Source of the DNA: Eledone cirrhosa | Lineage: Eukaryota | DNA: 64,000 nt | NCBI GenBank assembly: GCA_964016885.1 | Contig: OZ024764.1 | Coordinates: 22,196,001 to 22,260,000 of the forward strand | Direction: 5' to 3' | Shown: in pieces, positions 42,170 through 55,871 of the stretch | How positions within the stretch are numbered: the first letter of the stretch is position 1 | How the letters are laid out: each line of letters opens with the position of its first letter | Program-made: the position numbers and the translations under genes | Notes under the pieces: model-generated | The model's input: only the letters and a program-made list of their open reading frames with translations | The model's database searches: none | Told to the model about the DNA's origin: nothing

Positions 42170-42545
42170 GGACAAGCTGGAAGTGGTGACATCTTTCTGC
42201 TACCTGTGTGACATGTCAGCTGGAAGTGGAGCCAAGTTCACTGCCATCGTGCTGTGCCACTCCACAGGTAACAAGTTTAGGCAGCTTCTCCTAATCCTCA
42301 AGACATGCTGGCTACCATTAGACACCATGGGGCAGATTTATAACACCTGTGGGAGAAGTGTGTTGTTTCATGCCAGCGAGACCTGGGCCATGTTATCTGA
42401 CTGTCTGAATTGACTCTGAAGAAATGACAGAGCTATGATCCACTGGATGTGTTGTGTGACCATTGAGGATGATGTCAGCTCAACTGAGCTCCTAAAATAA
42501 CTGCTGATCGACAACCTCAAGGATGTGTTTCACAGGAGACACATG
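42170..42545 (+). mobile_element. Decayed RTE-like RT C-terminal fragment (copy ~57950-58325)
   Basis: KLEVVTSFCYL..IYNTCGRSVLFHASETW motifs. Confidence 0.65.
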
Positions 42546-45180
42546 CACTGGTATGGCCATGTTGTGCATTCTCTCTCAACTCATCTATGCTTGGTCGTTG
42601 ATGCACATTGACATTGCACATCCAACGGAGCATACTTGCTTCATTTTTCTCCAGCCATCGCATATCCTCCACAGTTGCTGTCCATGTCTCACTACCGTGC
42701 AGCATCACACATCTCACGCAGGCATCACCAGCCATTCGTTCTTAGGGAGAAACCCTTCTTTGTCAACAGAGCAAGCAGTTCCCTAAACGTCTTCCAACCC
42801 ATCCTTATTCTAGATACTATGGCCTCTGAGCACCCTCCTCCCATGCTAATTTGATCACCTAGATACCGGAAGCTATCAACCACTTCTATAGAACCTATCT
42901 GCATTTGAAAAATGTGTCTATCAATGCGACTTCTACTGTCAAATTTCCCTGTACCTCTACTGCATATGTAGTTTTCCCTACCTGTTAGTTTGCCTGCTAT
43001 CCCACTACATTTCTTGTGTACCCAAAAGCTGCATTGTGTACATTATAGAATTTATGCCAGTTCCTTTTCTACATATTGAACAAGGCCATTTCCCTGATGG
43101 AATGACAGTTTTGTCCTCTTTTCTACTCAACACTTGTCTTAGCTAGGTTCACTCTCAGTCCTCTTGCTTCCAACTGCTGTTTCCATAGCCAGAATTTATG
43201 CTCTAGCTCCGCTACTGATTCTGCTATAAGAACCACATCGTCAGCCTAGAGAAGTTCCCATGGGCAGCCAGTCTTAAACTCCTCTTTTATGGCTTGGAGG
43301 CCTATAATGAACAAGGGCGGGCTGAGGACCGACCCTGATGTACTCCTACTTGTATCTGGAATTCCTTATTAAACTCCATTCCTACCCTCACTTTACTGAC
43401 ACCACCTCTGTACATAGCTTGCATTGTCCTCACAAACTATTCCTCTACACCTAGTTTCCTTAGGGACCACCAGATGACAGATTGGGGTACTCTATCAAAG
43501 GCCTTTTCTAGGTGAACAAAAGCTAAGTATAGTGGTTTATTCTTCTCTAAGAACCTCTCTAGTAGTTGTCTCACTAAGAAGAGGGCATCTGTTTGACCCT
43601 TTCTCTAGGTTGCGCTAGTATTCTTTCTGTCACTTTCATAACCTGATCCATCAGTTTTATGCCCATATTATACTCCTCTCCAGAACATCCCCTTTACCTT
43701 TACCTCAATTTATGAGAATACTGCTGCACCAGGCTTTGGGTATGACACCACCATATATAGCTTGATTAATGATGCATGCAACCAGTTTACTTCCTACATC
43801 CCCTGATGCCTTCAGCATCTCAGCAACTATCCCCAACAGTCCAGCAGACCTCCATTTTTCCTTTCCTTAATTACTCTTGGACCCTATAGTCGTCAATCTC
43901 AATAGCTGGTCCTTCTGTCGGGTCTACTGAAGGTAGACCCGACATTTCCAGGCCTCCCTTTTCTGATCATTCGTGACACTAAGTACATCGGCATCATCCC
44001 GGACAGATTTATCTCCAACAACATCCTGATTTGCACTGACACACTGCCTTGCAATGTGGAACACTGCACGCCTCTGATCTTCCCGTCGCAGAACATTGGC
44101 AAACCTCCTACTCTCAGCCTCCCTGCGTGCTAAGTAGACCTGACATCTAGCTTCTCTCTTAGTGGCTGTGTATCGGTCTCTACCCCTACAATTTTTCCAA
44201 ACATTCCATGCTAGTCTTTTGTCTCTAATGGCTCTATCTACCGTGCTGTTCCACCACCAGGTCACCCTCTGTCTGGTTGGAGCTCTGCTCCAGCCACAAG
44301 TTTTATGAGTAACCTGCAGTAAGTTGTCACGTAAGAAATTCCAGTTATCATCTATGTCATACGACGCTAAAACGTCTTCTTTTTCATCATACACATCTTG
44401 AAGGGCTTGCCTAAATTTATATTTTAGTGAAAGGTCTTTTAGTTTCTAGACCTTCCTTTTTCACACCTTCTTGTATGTCTCTCTTTGTCTCTTGCTTACT
44501 GAGATATCACTAACGACTAACCTATGTTGGGGGATTACATTGTTCCCTGGGGTATGCCTTAGTATTTGACACCATCTATCTGTCTTACTCCCTAACTAGC
44601 AAGAAGTCAATCTGTCTCATGTGCTCACCTGATTGGTAGGTTATTAGGTGGTTGGTAGGTTTCTTGAAGTGTTGCAAATGGTTAGTTCACTTGCATCACA
44701 AAATACAAGAAGCTTCACTCCTTCGTTTCTTGAGCCATAACCATGACCACCATGTACCCCAGTGTATCCATCCTGGAGCTGTCCAACATGACCATTGAAG
44801 TCCCCTGCTATTATAACTAGGTCTCTGTCCTTGTGGTTATCTCTACTTATTCCTTTTCTACATATGGAGCAGGGCCACTTTCCTGAAGGTGTCAGGGTCT
44901 TCTCTCCTATCCATTAGCACTTTAGTTTTGGCTAAGTATATTCTCAGAACTTACCATTTCAAATTCTATATCTATAGCTGGTCATCTACATAGAGAAGTT
45001 TCCATAGACAGCCAGTCTTAAACCTCTCTGTTATGGCTTGGAGAACTATGATGAACAACAGTGGGCTAAGAACTAAACCATGATGAACTCCTACCTGTAC
45101 CTTCAATTCCTCACTAAACATACTTTACTGACATCTTCTCACAAGCCATTCTTCTACACCTAATTTCTTTAACCCTTTAG
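42546..45180 (-). mobile_element. Decayed RTE-clade LINE (EN to RT C-terminus); copy ~58326-60375
   Basis: VTWWWNSTVDRAIRDKR, LEKAFDRVP-like, MLHGSETW..MLRWMC motifs with many stops/frameshifts. Confidence 0.85.
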
Positions 45181-45382
45181 TATATAAACTGGCCATATCT
45201 GGCCAGAATTCTCCCACATCTTTCTGTTCAAACTGGCCGTAACTGGTCACTTATACTTATGTTAAGGTATTGTTCTCAAATTAAGTAACATCAAAATCTC
45301 ATCGATTTGATATTATGTGAGATAAAGCATTTACTGTGAAAATATAATAGTAAATATAGAGTAATGTGAATACTAAAGGGTT

Positions 45383-45913
45383 AATCTAATGTCACTAATA
45401 ACTACTTTTATCAGTCAGTTTAATCTAATGCCACTAATAACTACTTTTATCTGTCAGTTTAATCTAATGTCACTAATAACTACTTTTATCAGTCAGTTTA
45501 ATCTAATGCCACTAATAACTACTTTTATCAGTCAGCATAATCTAATGTCACTAATAACTACTTTTATCAGTCAGTATAATCTAATGTCACTAATAACTAC
45601 TTTTATCAGTCAGTATTATCTAATCTCACTAATAACTACTTTTATCAGTCAGTATAATCTAATGTCACTAATAACTACTTTTATCAGTCAGTATAATCTA
45701 ATGTCACTAATAACTACTTTTATCAGTCAGTTTAATCTAATGTCACTAATAACTACTTTTATCAGTCAGTTTAATCTAATGTCACTAATAACTACTTTTA
45801 TCAGTCAGTTTAATCTAATCTCACTAATAACTATTTTTATCAGTCAGTATAATCTAAAGTCACTATTAACTACTTTTATCAGTCAGTATAATCTACTGCC
45901 ACTAATAACTAAC
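45383..45913. repeat. 39-bp VNTR upstream of the ZNF acceptor
   Basis: AATCTAATGTCACTAATAACTACTTTTATCAGTCAGTAT; ~13.6 copies here, ~2.6 at 12719-12820, ~6.6 at 31151-31408, ~3.6 at 60466-60607. Confidence 0.92.
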
Positions 45914-46872
45914 CTATGTTAGTCAGCACATTCTTCACCAAAGAAGGCCTTAGTATTTATTACAGTCCATTTATCAATATAGAAATATTATATGAAATTT
46001 GTACTGATGTATTACAAGTTTCTGAGTATCTTATAATGTTCTTTTATTATTTCAGAATACCAGAGGACATTGGCATTAAAGAGCATGTTACATCAGACAT
46101 ATCCTCAACATTAACCATTTCTAATGAAAGATACTACCCATCATTTTCAAATAATTTTGAAAACACTCAACACTTTGAAGGGATTTAGTAATATAACTAA
46201 ATTTCTCAGTATTAAGCTGCTATTTGGAACATAACTTTGCACAATTTCATGAAGTTATAATGGAAAGTCTTTAGATAAATATAAAGACTGGTATGAAAAT
46301 GATAAAACACTTTTATATCAGTTGTTTCATCAACACCATTATTTAAAGACTAAAGGAAGCTGTTATACAGAACAGATACAACCTTGTTTATATAAATCTA
46401 TGGGAGAAATACTGGGAAATATTTCTTGTAAACTCAATAACACTTCTATTCTTTGCTGTCTGGAATATGTAGAAGATACAAAATAAAGCTGAAGAAATTT
46501 ACAAATGATTTTGTAAGATCTTCATATATTGACAAAGATGATAGTTGATGGAATTACAGGAGTAGAAATATTTCCATTATTACAGGAATAACTAATCAAA
46601 TAAAAACCAGAAAAATTAGATTCTTCACTGTCTGGAATATGTTCAAGATGATTTTATATGTATATTAAACTTGAAGACATCTACAAAACAGTTTGTATCA
46701 TCTTTAAATATAAAGAAAGACCAAGTTGATGGAAATATATCTGGAGGAATATATTTTAGGAATAATATTATAAACATAAAGAAGAAAAATATCCATATAT
46801 TAAGAGGAGAAAAATATTAAAACTGTGAATTATGTGAGAAACTGAGGTGATTGATATCTTTTAGTAGGAGAT

Positions 46873-47904
46873 ATGTCGAAAAATATAGTAAAATCACCAT
46901 TCCACTGTGATATCTGTGGTAAATCATTCTCTCGTAGTAATCAGATAACTACTCACAAACGTAGTCATACAGGAGAGAAGCCTTATCACTGTGAAATCTG
47001 TGGTAAATCATTCAGTTACGGTAGTAGCATCAGAGTTCACAAACAAATTCATACAGGAGAGAAGCCACATCACTGTGACATCTGTAGTAAATCATTCTCT
47101 TGCAGAGATAGCTTAACTAATCACAAACGTATTCATACAGGAGAGAAACCATATCACTGTGACATCTGTGGTAAATCATTCAGTCAGAGTAATAACTTAA
47201 CTACTCACAAACGTATTCATACAGGAGAGAAGCCACATCACTGTGACATCTGTAGTAAATCATTCTCTTGCAGAGATAGCTTAACTAATCACAAACGTAT
47301 TCATAGAGGAGAGAAGCCATATCACTGTGACATCTGCGGTAATTCATTCTCTCAGAGTAATCACCTAACTACTCACAAACGTATTCATACAGGAGAGAAA
47401 CCATATCACTGTGATATCTGTGGTAAAACATTCTCTGACAGAAGTAGCTTTGTTAAACACCAACGTATTCATACAGGAGAGAAGCCATATCAATGTGACA
47501 TCTGTGATAAATCATTCTCTCATAGTAGTCACCTAACTACTCACAAACGTATTCATACAGGAGAGAAGACATATCAGTGTGACATCTGTGGTAATTCATT
47601 CTCTCATAGTAATAACCTAACTACTCACAAACGTACTCATACGGGAGAGAAACCATATGACTGTGACATCTGTGGTAAATCATTCGCTGACAGAAGTTGC
47701 GTAGCTACCCACAGACGTACTCATACAGGAGAGAAGCCATATCACTGTGATATCTGTGGTAAATCATTCTCTCATAGTAATCACCTAACTATCCACAAAC
47801 GTACTCATACAGGAGAGAAGCCATATCACTGTGACATCTGTGGTAAATCATTCTCTCAAAGTGGTAACTTAACCAAGCATGTGCGTATTCATACAGAAGT
47901 TTAG
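46873..47904 (+). CDS. C2H2 zinc-finger protein C, 343 aa, 12 fingers
   Basis: Intact ORF. Helices: RSNQITT, YGSSIRV, CRDSLTN, QSNNLTT, CRDSLTN, QSNHLTT, DRSSFVK, HSSHLTT, HSNNLTT, DRSCVAT, HSNHLTI, QSGNLTK. Confidence 0.93.
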   Translation: MSKNIVKSPFHCDICGKSFSRSNQITTHKRSHTGEKPYHCEICGKSFSYGSSIRVHKQIHTGEKPHHCDICSKSFSCRDSLTNHKRIHTGEKPYHCDICGKSFSQSNNLTTHKRIHTGEKPHHCDICSKSFSCRDSLTNHKRIHRGEKPYHCDICGNSFSQSNHLTTHKRIHTGEKPYHCDICGKTFSDRSSFVKHQRIHTGEKPYQCDICDKSFSHSSHLTTHKRIHTGEKTYQCDICGNSFSHSNNLTTHKRTHTGEKPYDCDICGKSFADRSCVATHRRTHTGEKPYHCDICGKSFSHSNHLTIHKRTHTGEKPYHCDICGKSFSQSGNLTKHVRIHTEV

Positions 47905-49330
47905 CTGTGTCAATATCAAACTCATTACATCATACTACTACAACAAATGTGTAGATCCATCATCCTTGCTAAAACTGGGGATAACCTTGTAGGTTTTACC
48001 TATGACAGGGATCATAAACACCAGGTTTCCATTTTTGAAGTAGTGTTTGAAGATTTTGTGTAAATTGAAGTTTTTCACATTAAACTTTGATTTATTATAC
48101 TTTAACAGGTAAGATATATATTTGTATTTTTAGTAAAGGTTGGGAACTTCTGTAATTTAAACCTGCCAATAAAATGAAAACTTTTGTTGTTGTTAGTCAG
48201 ACATTGATATTAATTCTATTGTCCTGTACATTGTCTCAAATATCACAGATTAAACAGATTTTAACAAGAACAACAGAAATAAATAACTTGTAAGCCTAAT
48301 ATCTAGCTTCCATTTTAACTATTTGATATTGTTGTTCTCCTCCTATCTCTTCAGGTCTTTTAGATTTCAACTTCTATCTACTGTACTATTCCATCACCAA
48401 GGCAACATTCATCTGGCTGGCAGCTTACATCAACTACAGATCTCATCAGTGGTTCACAACAGGCTGTCTGAAAGAAACTTGCAGATATCTTCTATGTCAT
48501 AGCTATCAATCTCCTCCTCCTTATTATATGTATCATGTAGAACATCTCTGAATTTATATTTAACAGGGAGATCTTTTACTGTCCCTACCCTTTTCTCTAG
48601 GTTGTCTTGTACCTCTCACAGTCCCTCTAGATCTTATATTTAACAAGGAGATCTTTTACTGTCCCTACCCTTTTCTCTAGGTTGTCTTGTACCTCTCTCA
48701 CAGTCCCTATATATATCTTATATTTAACAGGGAGATCTTTTACTATCCCTACCCTTTTCTCTAGATTGTCTTGTATCTCTTTCACAGTCCCTCTAGATCT
48801 TATATTTAACAGGGAGATCTTTTACTAGCCCTACCCTTTTCTCTAGGTTTTCTTTTACCTCTCTCACAGTCCCTCTAGATCTTATATTTAACAGGGAGAT
48901 CTTTTACTCTCCAACCCTTTTCTCTAGGTCGTCTTGTACCTCCCTCACAGTCCCTGTAGATCTTATATTTAACAGGGAGATCTTTTACTCTCCAACCCTT
49001 CTACAGATAGTCTTGTATATGTCATTCCCTCTAGATCTTACACCTCGTATCTAGTCTATGTTGAGTGGTACGTCTTTCTCCAGTAAAGGAGTTAATATTC
49101 CCAACCATCTGTCTATCCTGTTTTCTGATGAGAATGAAGTCAATCTAGTTTATCTCTTCACCTGATTGAAGTAACTAGATCAAGTAACTAGATGGTTTCC
49201 TGTAAGTTAGTGTTGCAGTGTTTGTGTCACCATGTAAGGTTTATATCTATTAATATAGAGATGTAGTAAAGTTTTCACTGTTGTATCTCTATTTTCTAAA
49301 TATCTTAATAATGTTTCTCTACTATTTCAG

Positions 49331-49698
49331 AATATCACATGACCTTGACAGAAAAGAGTCTTTTAAAGACAACAGAAAGATGTTACATACAAGTGATATA
49401 AACTTGTTTAGTCTGTGGTGAATTATGGTGAAATATTTCTTCTGATTTGAGATAAATAACAACATTTTCCTTTTTCACTGTCTGGAATATTTACAAGATG
49501 ACTTTACATTCTGATTAAACTTTGGATATTTACAAAGGAGTTTTCAAAATATTTGGATATTGACAAAGATCACATTTGGTAAAATTATGAACAATAGAAA
49601 TATTTACATCAACATAGGAATATTTTCCAGAAGAGATGGGAAAATCATTATACCACTGTAATATTTGTGGTAAAATATTCTCTCTTCTTTATATGTAG
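49331..49698 (+). pseudogene. Truncated ZNF exon copy
   Basis: 49636-49698 MGKSLYHCNICGKIFSLLYM*. Confidence 0.7.
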
Positions 49699-51996
49699 AA
49701 CATCTAACTAAACACTTTAATTAACAAACTATTGTGCTATAGAATTGACAAACTTGAGCAATGTTTAATAAATGTTACAGATTTCTCCAAACTATCATTT
49801 ACTAACGTTAATTTGAAGCTATATTATCTCTATACTACTAAAACTCTGTGATTGTGTCTTGTCTGTAATTTAATACAGCTAAAACAGTGCATAATGGGGA
49901 AATACTTTGAAAGGAATAAAACAAGATTCGTATAAAATGGAGCACAGGTTCCCAAGATACGGGGGTTTCTGGATACCTTCATAAATATAGGGAGAGAAAG
50001 AGATAGTGGTTGTGAGAGAGAGGGAACTGTGGTGTTGTTTAATAAAATATGTGTGTGTATATATATATACGTATGTGTATATATATATATACGTATGTGT
50101 ATATTTTAACTATTTAAAAACTATTTTAAAATGACTTTTAAAAAATAGTTTTAAGGGAACGGGACCCAACAGGTCCCGGGTGGTCTAGTTTGTTACTAAA
50201 TACTAGATATTAGAGGGTCATGTTCTAGATGTGCTGGAAGAGCCATTCCATCTCGTGAGGCTCACACCAGCAGCTAGCCACCTCAGCACCTATGGTGGTA
50301 TATTTATTATATTATTTATTCTTTATCATTAACATTAATATAAAAGATAATTATATATTTTTAGAGAAGAACCTCTAATTTTATATAGCTTAGGGCTTCA
50401 GTAGGTAAAAGTCTGGCCCGTCTTGTCTTGTATTTTTTAGGGGAGAAGTTAGGGAATACTGTTATTGTGTGAAAGTTTTCTAAATCTTCTTCAGCCACTA
50501 ACATGGAGAAGATATTTCAGTAAGAAGGTTCACATCCTGACATCTATAGCTGTTAACAATGAGATTGGAATTCATTATTAAACAAATGTTATATCATCAT
50601 CACTGTTTAACATCAGTTTTTCCACACTGGCATGGGTTAGACAAGTTATCCTGTTGTAAGCAATGCCAGGTCAGGTGACCACGTGTTGCTCCTACAGAAC
50701 AAATTGTGGATTGGTTTCTATAGCTGGATGCCCTTCCTAGCACCAACCTTATTTACATTGAGTACTGGGTGCATTTTACCATCACCACCACTTTACAGTG
50801 TAGGCTGGGTGCTTTTTGTCGTGACACCAACATGACCACTTTACAGTGTGGGCTGGGTGCTTTTTGCTGTGACACCTACGCAACCGCTTTATAGTGTGGG
50901 CTGGTTTCTTTTTGTCATATCACCTACATGACCAGTTTATAGTAATGGCTATGTGTTCTTTACAGTGTGGGCTGGTTTCTTTTTGTCATATCACCTACAT
51001 GACCACCTTATAATGTTGACTGTGTGTTCTTTGCAGTGTGGGCTGGTTTCTTTTTGTCATATCACCTACATGACCACCTTATAATGTTGACTGTGTATTC
51101 TCTATAGTGTGGGTTGGGTGCTTTTGTCATATCTCCTACCCAACCACTTTGCAGTGTGGGCAGTGAAATATCAGTAATGCACCAGCTCCAATATTCAGTA
51201 ATCAGAAGAAGGGAGGTAGGCATAAAAGCCAAACTTGCTGTCTTCAATTAGCTTTTTGTGCCAACCCTTACCTATGGTCACATATCTTGGGTAATGACCA
51301 AAAGAATATGATTGGGAATACAAATGGCAGATATGGGATTCCTCTGAAGGGTCTTTGAAGGAACGTTTCTCAATGAAGTGCATAGCTCTGAGATCAGAGA
51401 GTCACTCCAGGTGGAGCTGTTACTTCTCCTAATTGAGAGATCACAGCTGCAATACTATGGCCATGTGGTTAGAATGTCTGAGGAAAGAATCACTGGATAG
51501 ATTTTACAGGCAAAACTAACCGGCAGGAGACCCAGGGGTAGACCTGAGCAAGATGGTCACATAACATCCATGAGCTTGGCTGGTCTCTCTGGGAGATCCA
51601 GACACATAAGTTGGAGTGGGTTGCTTCTGACAGGACCTGTTGGAGGGAGTGTTTGAGGACTCTGCCCCCAAGACCCTCTCTGGAATAAGTGGGTTAATAA
51701 GAAGAGGTTGATGTTACATAATCAACATCAGATTTCCCTGCTAGCAAGGGTTTAATGAGTCTACTTCAACCAAGTAAGTACTGAAGTGCGGCTACTGATC
51801 TCCCAGACAGACCAAGGATCTGAGACTTATTTACATAAGGTCTCATTTGCTACTGAGTGCACAGAAAAGGTTGTCATGTCTTTGTCATGATTGAAGGGTT
51901 CTCCGACACTATTGTCGGGCAAGCTTTCTATGACTAGATGTCCTTCACATGACCAACCACATTACAGCCTGTGTTGGGTGTGTTTATCATGTAGGT

Positions 51997-54043
51997 GAGA
52001 CATAACAAACTGAGGGTTCCCCAAGGGCCACATAGGTCACATGTGTTGTCTGAGGGTTGCACACTACAACTAATTATGTACACGACAACTAATTAAAGTC
52101 ATTTAATAAAATATATTGCAGAAAGATTTGTTACTTAAATTTAGAAACATACAACGTACATACAAATGTTTTAGCAGCATTCATGAATACAAAGTAATGA
52201 AGTAGTTTGACAAAAAACTAAAGTTTAACATGTCAACATATACTTGCAGATTGTAACAGCAACAAATACATTGTACACAAATAACAACAGTTCAAAACTG
52301 AACATTTATTTGCTACTATTCAACCATTTTTAGTGTTTTGTGCTGAGGCTTGACACTTCTTTCTGTTGACAATGTTTGGTATGTCTGGCTGAAATGTCTG
52401 TACAGTTCCAACTTTAATCAGAGATGACAAGTGTTGATCTGTCAGCCTTCTTCTCTGAGAAGTTTTTGTTAAGCTAAGTACAGACTCAGTATGGGCAGTG
52501 ATTTTCAGCTCTTTGCACATAAGAAAATGAATTAAATTTTCATCTGACAACGGAGACTTCCATAAGCTAAGTTTTCTAATGAAGAACTTGATGTCATCAT
52601 ACAACTGAGTGATGGGTTTGTTTTTACCTTCTAATTTCAAATTAAGGTCAGTTAATTGTGCAGTAATATCCACAAATAAAGCCAGATGTTGGAGCCAATT
52701 TTCATCTTTTATTTCATCTGTGTTTTGACTTTTCATCTCCAAAAACATAATTATTTCAACAAATAGCATCTTTTCAGCACTTTGTGACATGTCAACCAGC
52801 AGACTTCTGTGTAGAAAGGAACATCGGTGAACTGATTATCCATATCTTCCAACAACTGGCTGAACTGACGGTGGGTGAGAGCACGGCCTCTGATTTACTT
52901 CACTGTCTTTGTGACCAAGCTAAGCACATGATGCAATTTTAAAATCTTTCAACATAAATTTTGCTTATGAATAATACAGTGAAAATGTGCAAATAATGAA
53001 TCTAGATATGAGTTTTCTATTTTTGTTTGTAACTTGGCAGCAACACCATTATGTCTACCAACCATATTTGCAGCACTGTCAGTAGATAAACATGCAAGTT
53101 TACTCAGATCAAAACGATGCAGACCCTGCTTGACCTTCTCAAAGATGTCCTGGCCTTTTATAGTGTCATGCATGGGGACCTGTTCAATCAGTTCTTCATA
53201 AATATTAAATTCACAGTCACAGGCCCTGATAAAGAATGCAAGCTGTACTGTTCCAGTGATGTCAACAGTCTCTTCAATAGCAATAGAAACATGTTCAAAC
53301 CTTGTTGATACAGCCTTTAACTGTTGTTTCAGATCACCTGACATTTCATTAATCTGTTCAGCAAAAGCGTTCCTGGTTAATGAAATGTCTTTGAATAACT
53401 CCGCTTTCTCCGGACAGTTTCAGCTGTTTTTACAAGACATTGCTTTACAAAATCTCCTTTACTGTAAGATTTCCCACTCATGGCAATCATTCAACTGAGT
53501 TCATAGCTTGCAGTAACGAAAGTGACATTCTCTTCCTGAATTAACATAAAACAGGTCTATTGTTGTGTCAAGTTAGACTTCAATTCCTTGAGTCTTGAAA
53601 CACACATTGGGCCTTCATATTTATCGTAAGATCGAGGGTTTGTTTCATAATGTCTTTTTAAATTGTACTCTTTTGGCGTGGCGATGTAGTTGTTGCAAAT
53701 TAAACAGTGTATCTTTCTGTTCACCATTGGGCAAAAATACTGTAATTCCCACTTTTCTTGAAACACTTGCGCTTCTTCGTTCAATTTCCTTTTTCTCTTA
53801 GCTGGAGGAGCACTAACTATTTCAAAAACAAAAACTTTTGAAATTTTGAAAGAAAGTTTTCTGTTAATGAGCTGCACGTGATTAATGGAAGTTAAAAGTA
53901 GTTGACAAAAATTGCACCAAAAAAACAATTGTATCGAAAAATGTTTAAATTTTATATTACGAAAATGAAAGATGCTCGCACTGTAAAAACCTTTGTGTGG
54001 GCCGCAGCTTTGCTTGCAAAGGGCCGCATGTTTGACATGTCTG
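51997..54043 (-). mobile_element. hAT copy 5 (same internal deletion as copy 2)
   Basis: Same TSD at 51989-51996 and 54044-54051. Confidence 0.9.
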
Positions 54044-55734
54044 ATGTAGGTTACCAACACGAGGGAGGGCAGCATGTCCTTCAATGTCTTCTGCTACATT
54101 AACTACCAGGAGGTCACCACATGACACAGAGACTACATTTCAAAGAAGGTTCACAAAAGAACTAAATACAAAAGTACCCACAATTCAGCAAAAAGCAAAT
54201 AATTGAGCTTTGGGTCTAGGTTAAGGGGGAAGAAGTGCTGTGCCCTGTGGACAAGACTAGAAAAGAATCCCCCCCCCCCCTGGTCGATGGACAGTTACAC
54301 CCACTGCAACAGCCACTCCAACCTCTTGGGACACCCTCTTCAAAAGGGCCACCGACGTTCTGATCTTACAGAGGAGCTTGGCAGTACGGGGTCCAAGTAC
54401 TTCTGAGGTGTCGATGGTGACAGGTGTGAAGAGACCTACCTACAATTGATGTGATCCCAGTTATGTTGGACTGTAATATACTGGGGTATAGAGAGGCCTT
54501 AACCTGTCTCAGCCGGGCCACCCAGGGTTGTGTCATCTAGGTACCAGACAGGGGTGACTAGACCATGTTGTCAACTGTCAGCACCAATAGGAGTGAGGCG
54601 AGTGGGTCCCCTTGCTAGACACCATATATAAAACGTATTTGCTAATTACTTTAGTGAATAATTTGTTTCATACGTAATTATTACTTTTAACACAATAGGA
54701 TTTTGTACACGTGTTTGTTTGAAAACATCTTTCAAAGAAGTATGAGACAGTCTTTTGCAGTCTTCTGGAGTTGCGACCGATAGATAGCTATTGGAAAGAC
54801 CAATGGAAACATTGTTTCCTCGGTCCGATTTGACTAAAAGTCGATCATAATAAAAATATATATTTATATATATCGATATAGAGAGAGAAAGAAACACACA
54901 AACGTACACTACTGTAAAACATATGTAAGGGTAAACAACTCTCGTTACATCCCCCCTTCTTTTTGATATACGCCCTTTAAGTACGTTGTTCAATGCTACC
55001 TGCTTTATTTTGTGTCCTAAGTAGATTTCTGTTTAAGTGTTTACGAGATTCACAATGATTCACCTAACCAAGTTACTTACATAGAGATATATTTCACATA
55101 GAATCACAACAAATGAAAATATTAAGTCAACACTCTGTCAATCAGTCTCACATCACATGGGGTGCCGGAGTCTCCCTCTAATACTTTCTGAGACAGTCTT
55201 ACCTCGAGTGATAGCAAGGCTAAGATGTTGGAACTACCAAACACCCTCATATGTATCACCTGACACCTCGGTAAGGAGAGCTGCCAACGATAGTCATTTG
55301 TCTTGTATGTTGTATATGTATTTTCAAAACTAACTGTCACATTTGTGAGACCCCAGTTAGTGATGTTTTCGTCTCCCTCCCACATCCTACATGCTGTAGT
55401 AAAAGTGAGTGTCACTGCTTCTGTAGACGAACGAAATAAAAGTCAAACTACCAGTAATTATCGGCAAAGTATTTATTCCAGTCTGTGATGTTTGAGAAGC
55501 TGGGCTGCTGACAACGAAGTTGTTGTCAATGTTGGCGGCTGGCTTTACCGAAGTACCCGATGACTCTTGTGAGGGTACTTAGCTGTTCTGGCGGTTTAGC
55601 CCCCATATGACCCGATCTTACCGAGATACCCGGTGATCTCTGTCAGGGTACTTAGCTGTTCTATTTTAATTTCATTTACTGTTTTCAACTTCACTTTTTA
55701 TTACAAACTTTACATAATTTAATTCCGTAAAAAT

Positions 55735-55871
55735 ATTTTACGTCACAAAAAAATCATTGAAGCATGCGCAGTGGTGCAGTTGTCTACTTCCTGTCCACGT
55801 GTTAGTCTTCCTACAACATCATTTAAAAAACATTTCTGTAAATACTAAACACCTGAGACTATAATGTAAGT
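55735..55871 (+). promoter_or_regulatory. Putative promoter/exon 1 of ZNF D
   Basis: Copy of the same block; GCATGCGCA 55762-55770, donor GTAAGT 55866-55871. Confidence 0.6.

Larger units (their letters stand above)
40088..46055 (+). other. Putative 5'UTR intron of ZNF C
   Basis: Donor 40088, acceptor AG 46054-46055. Confidence 0.55.

Noticed and set aside
45389-45922. 177-aa ORF of (MSLITTFISQYNL)n, also 31157-31417
   Set aside because: By-product of a 39-bp (multiple of 3) stop-free VNTR in a putative intron; copy number varies from ~2.6 to ~13.6; no coding evidence.
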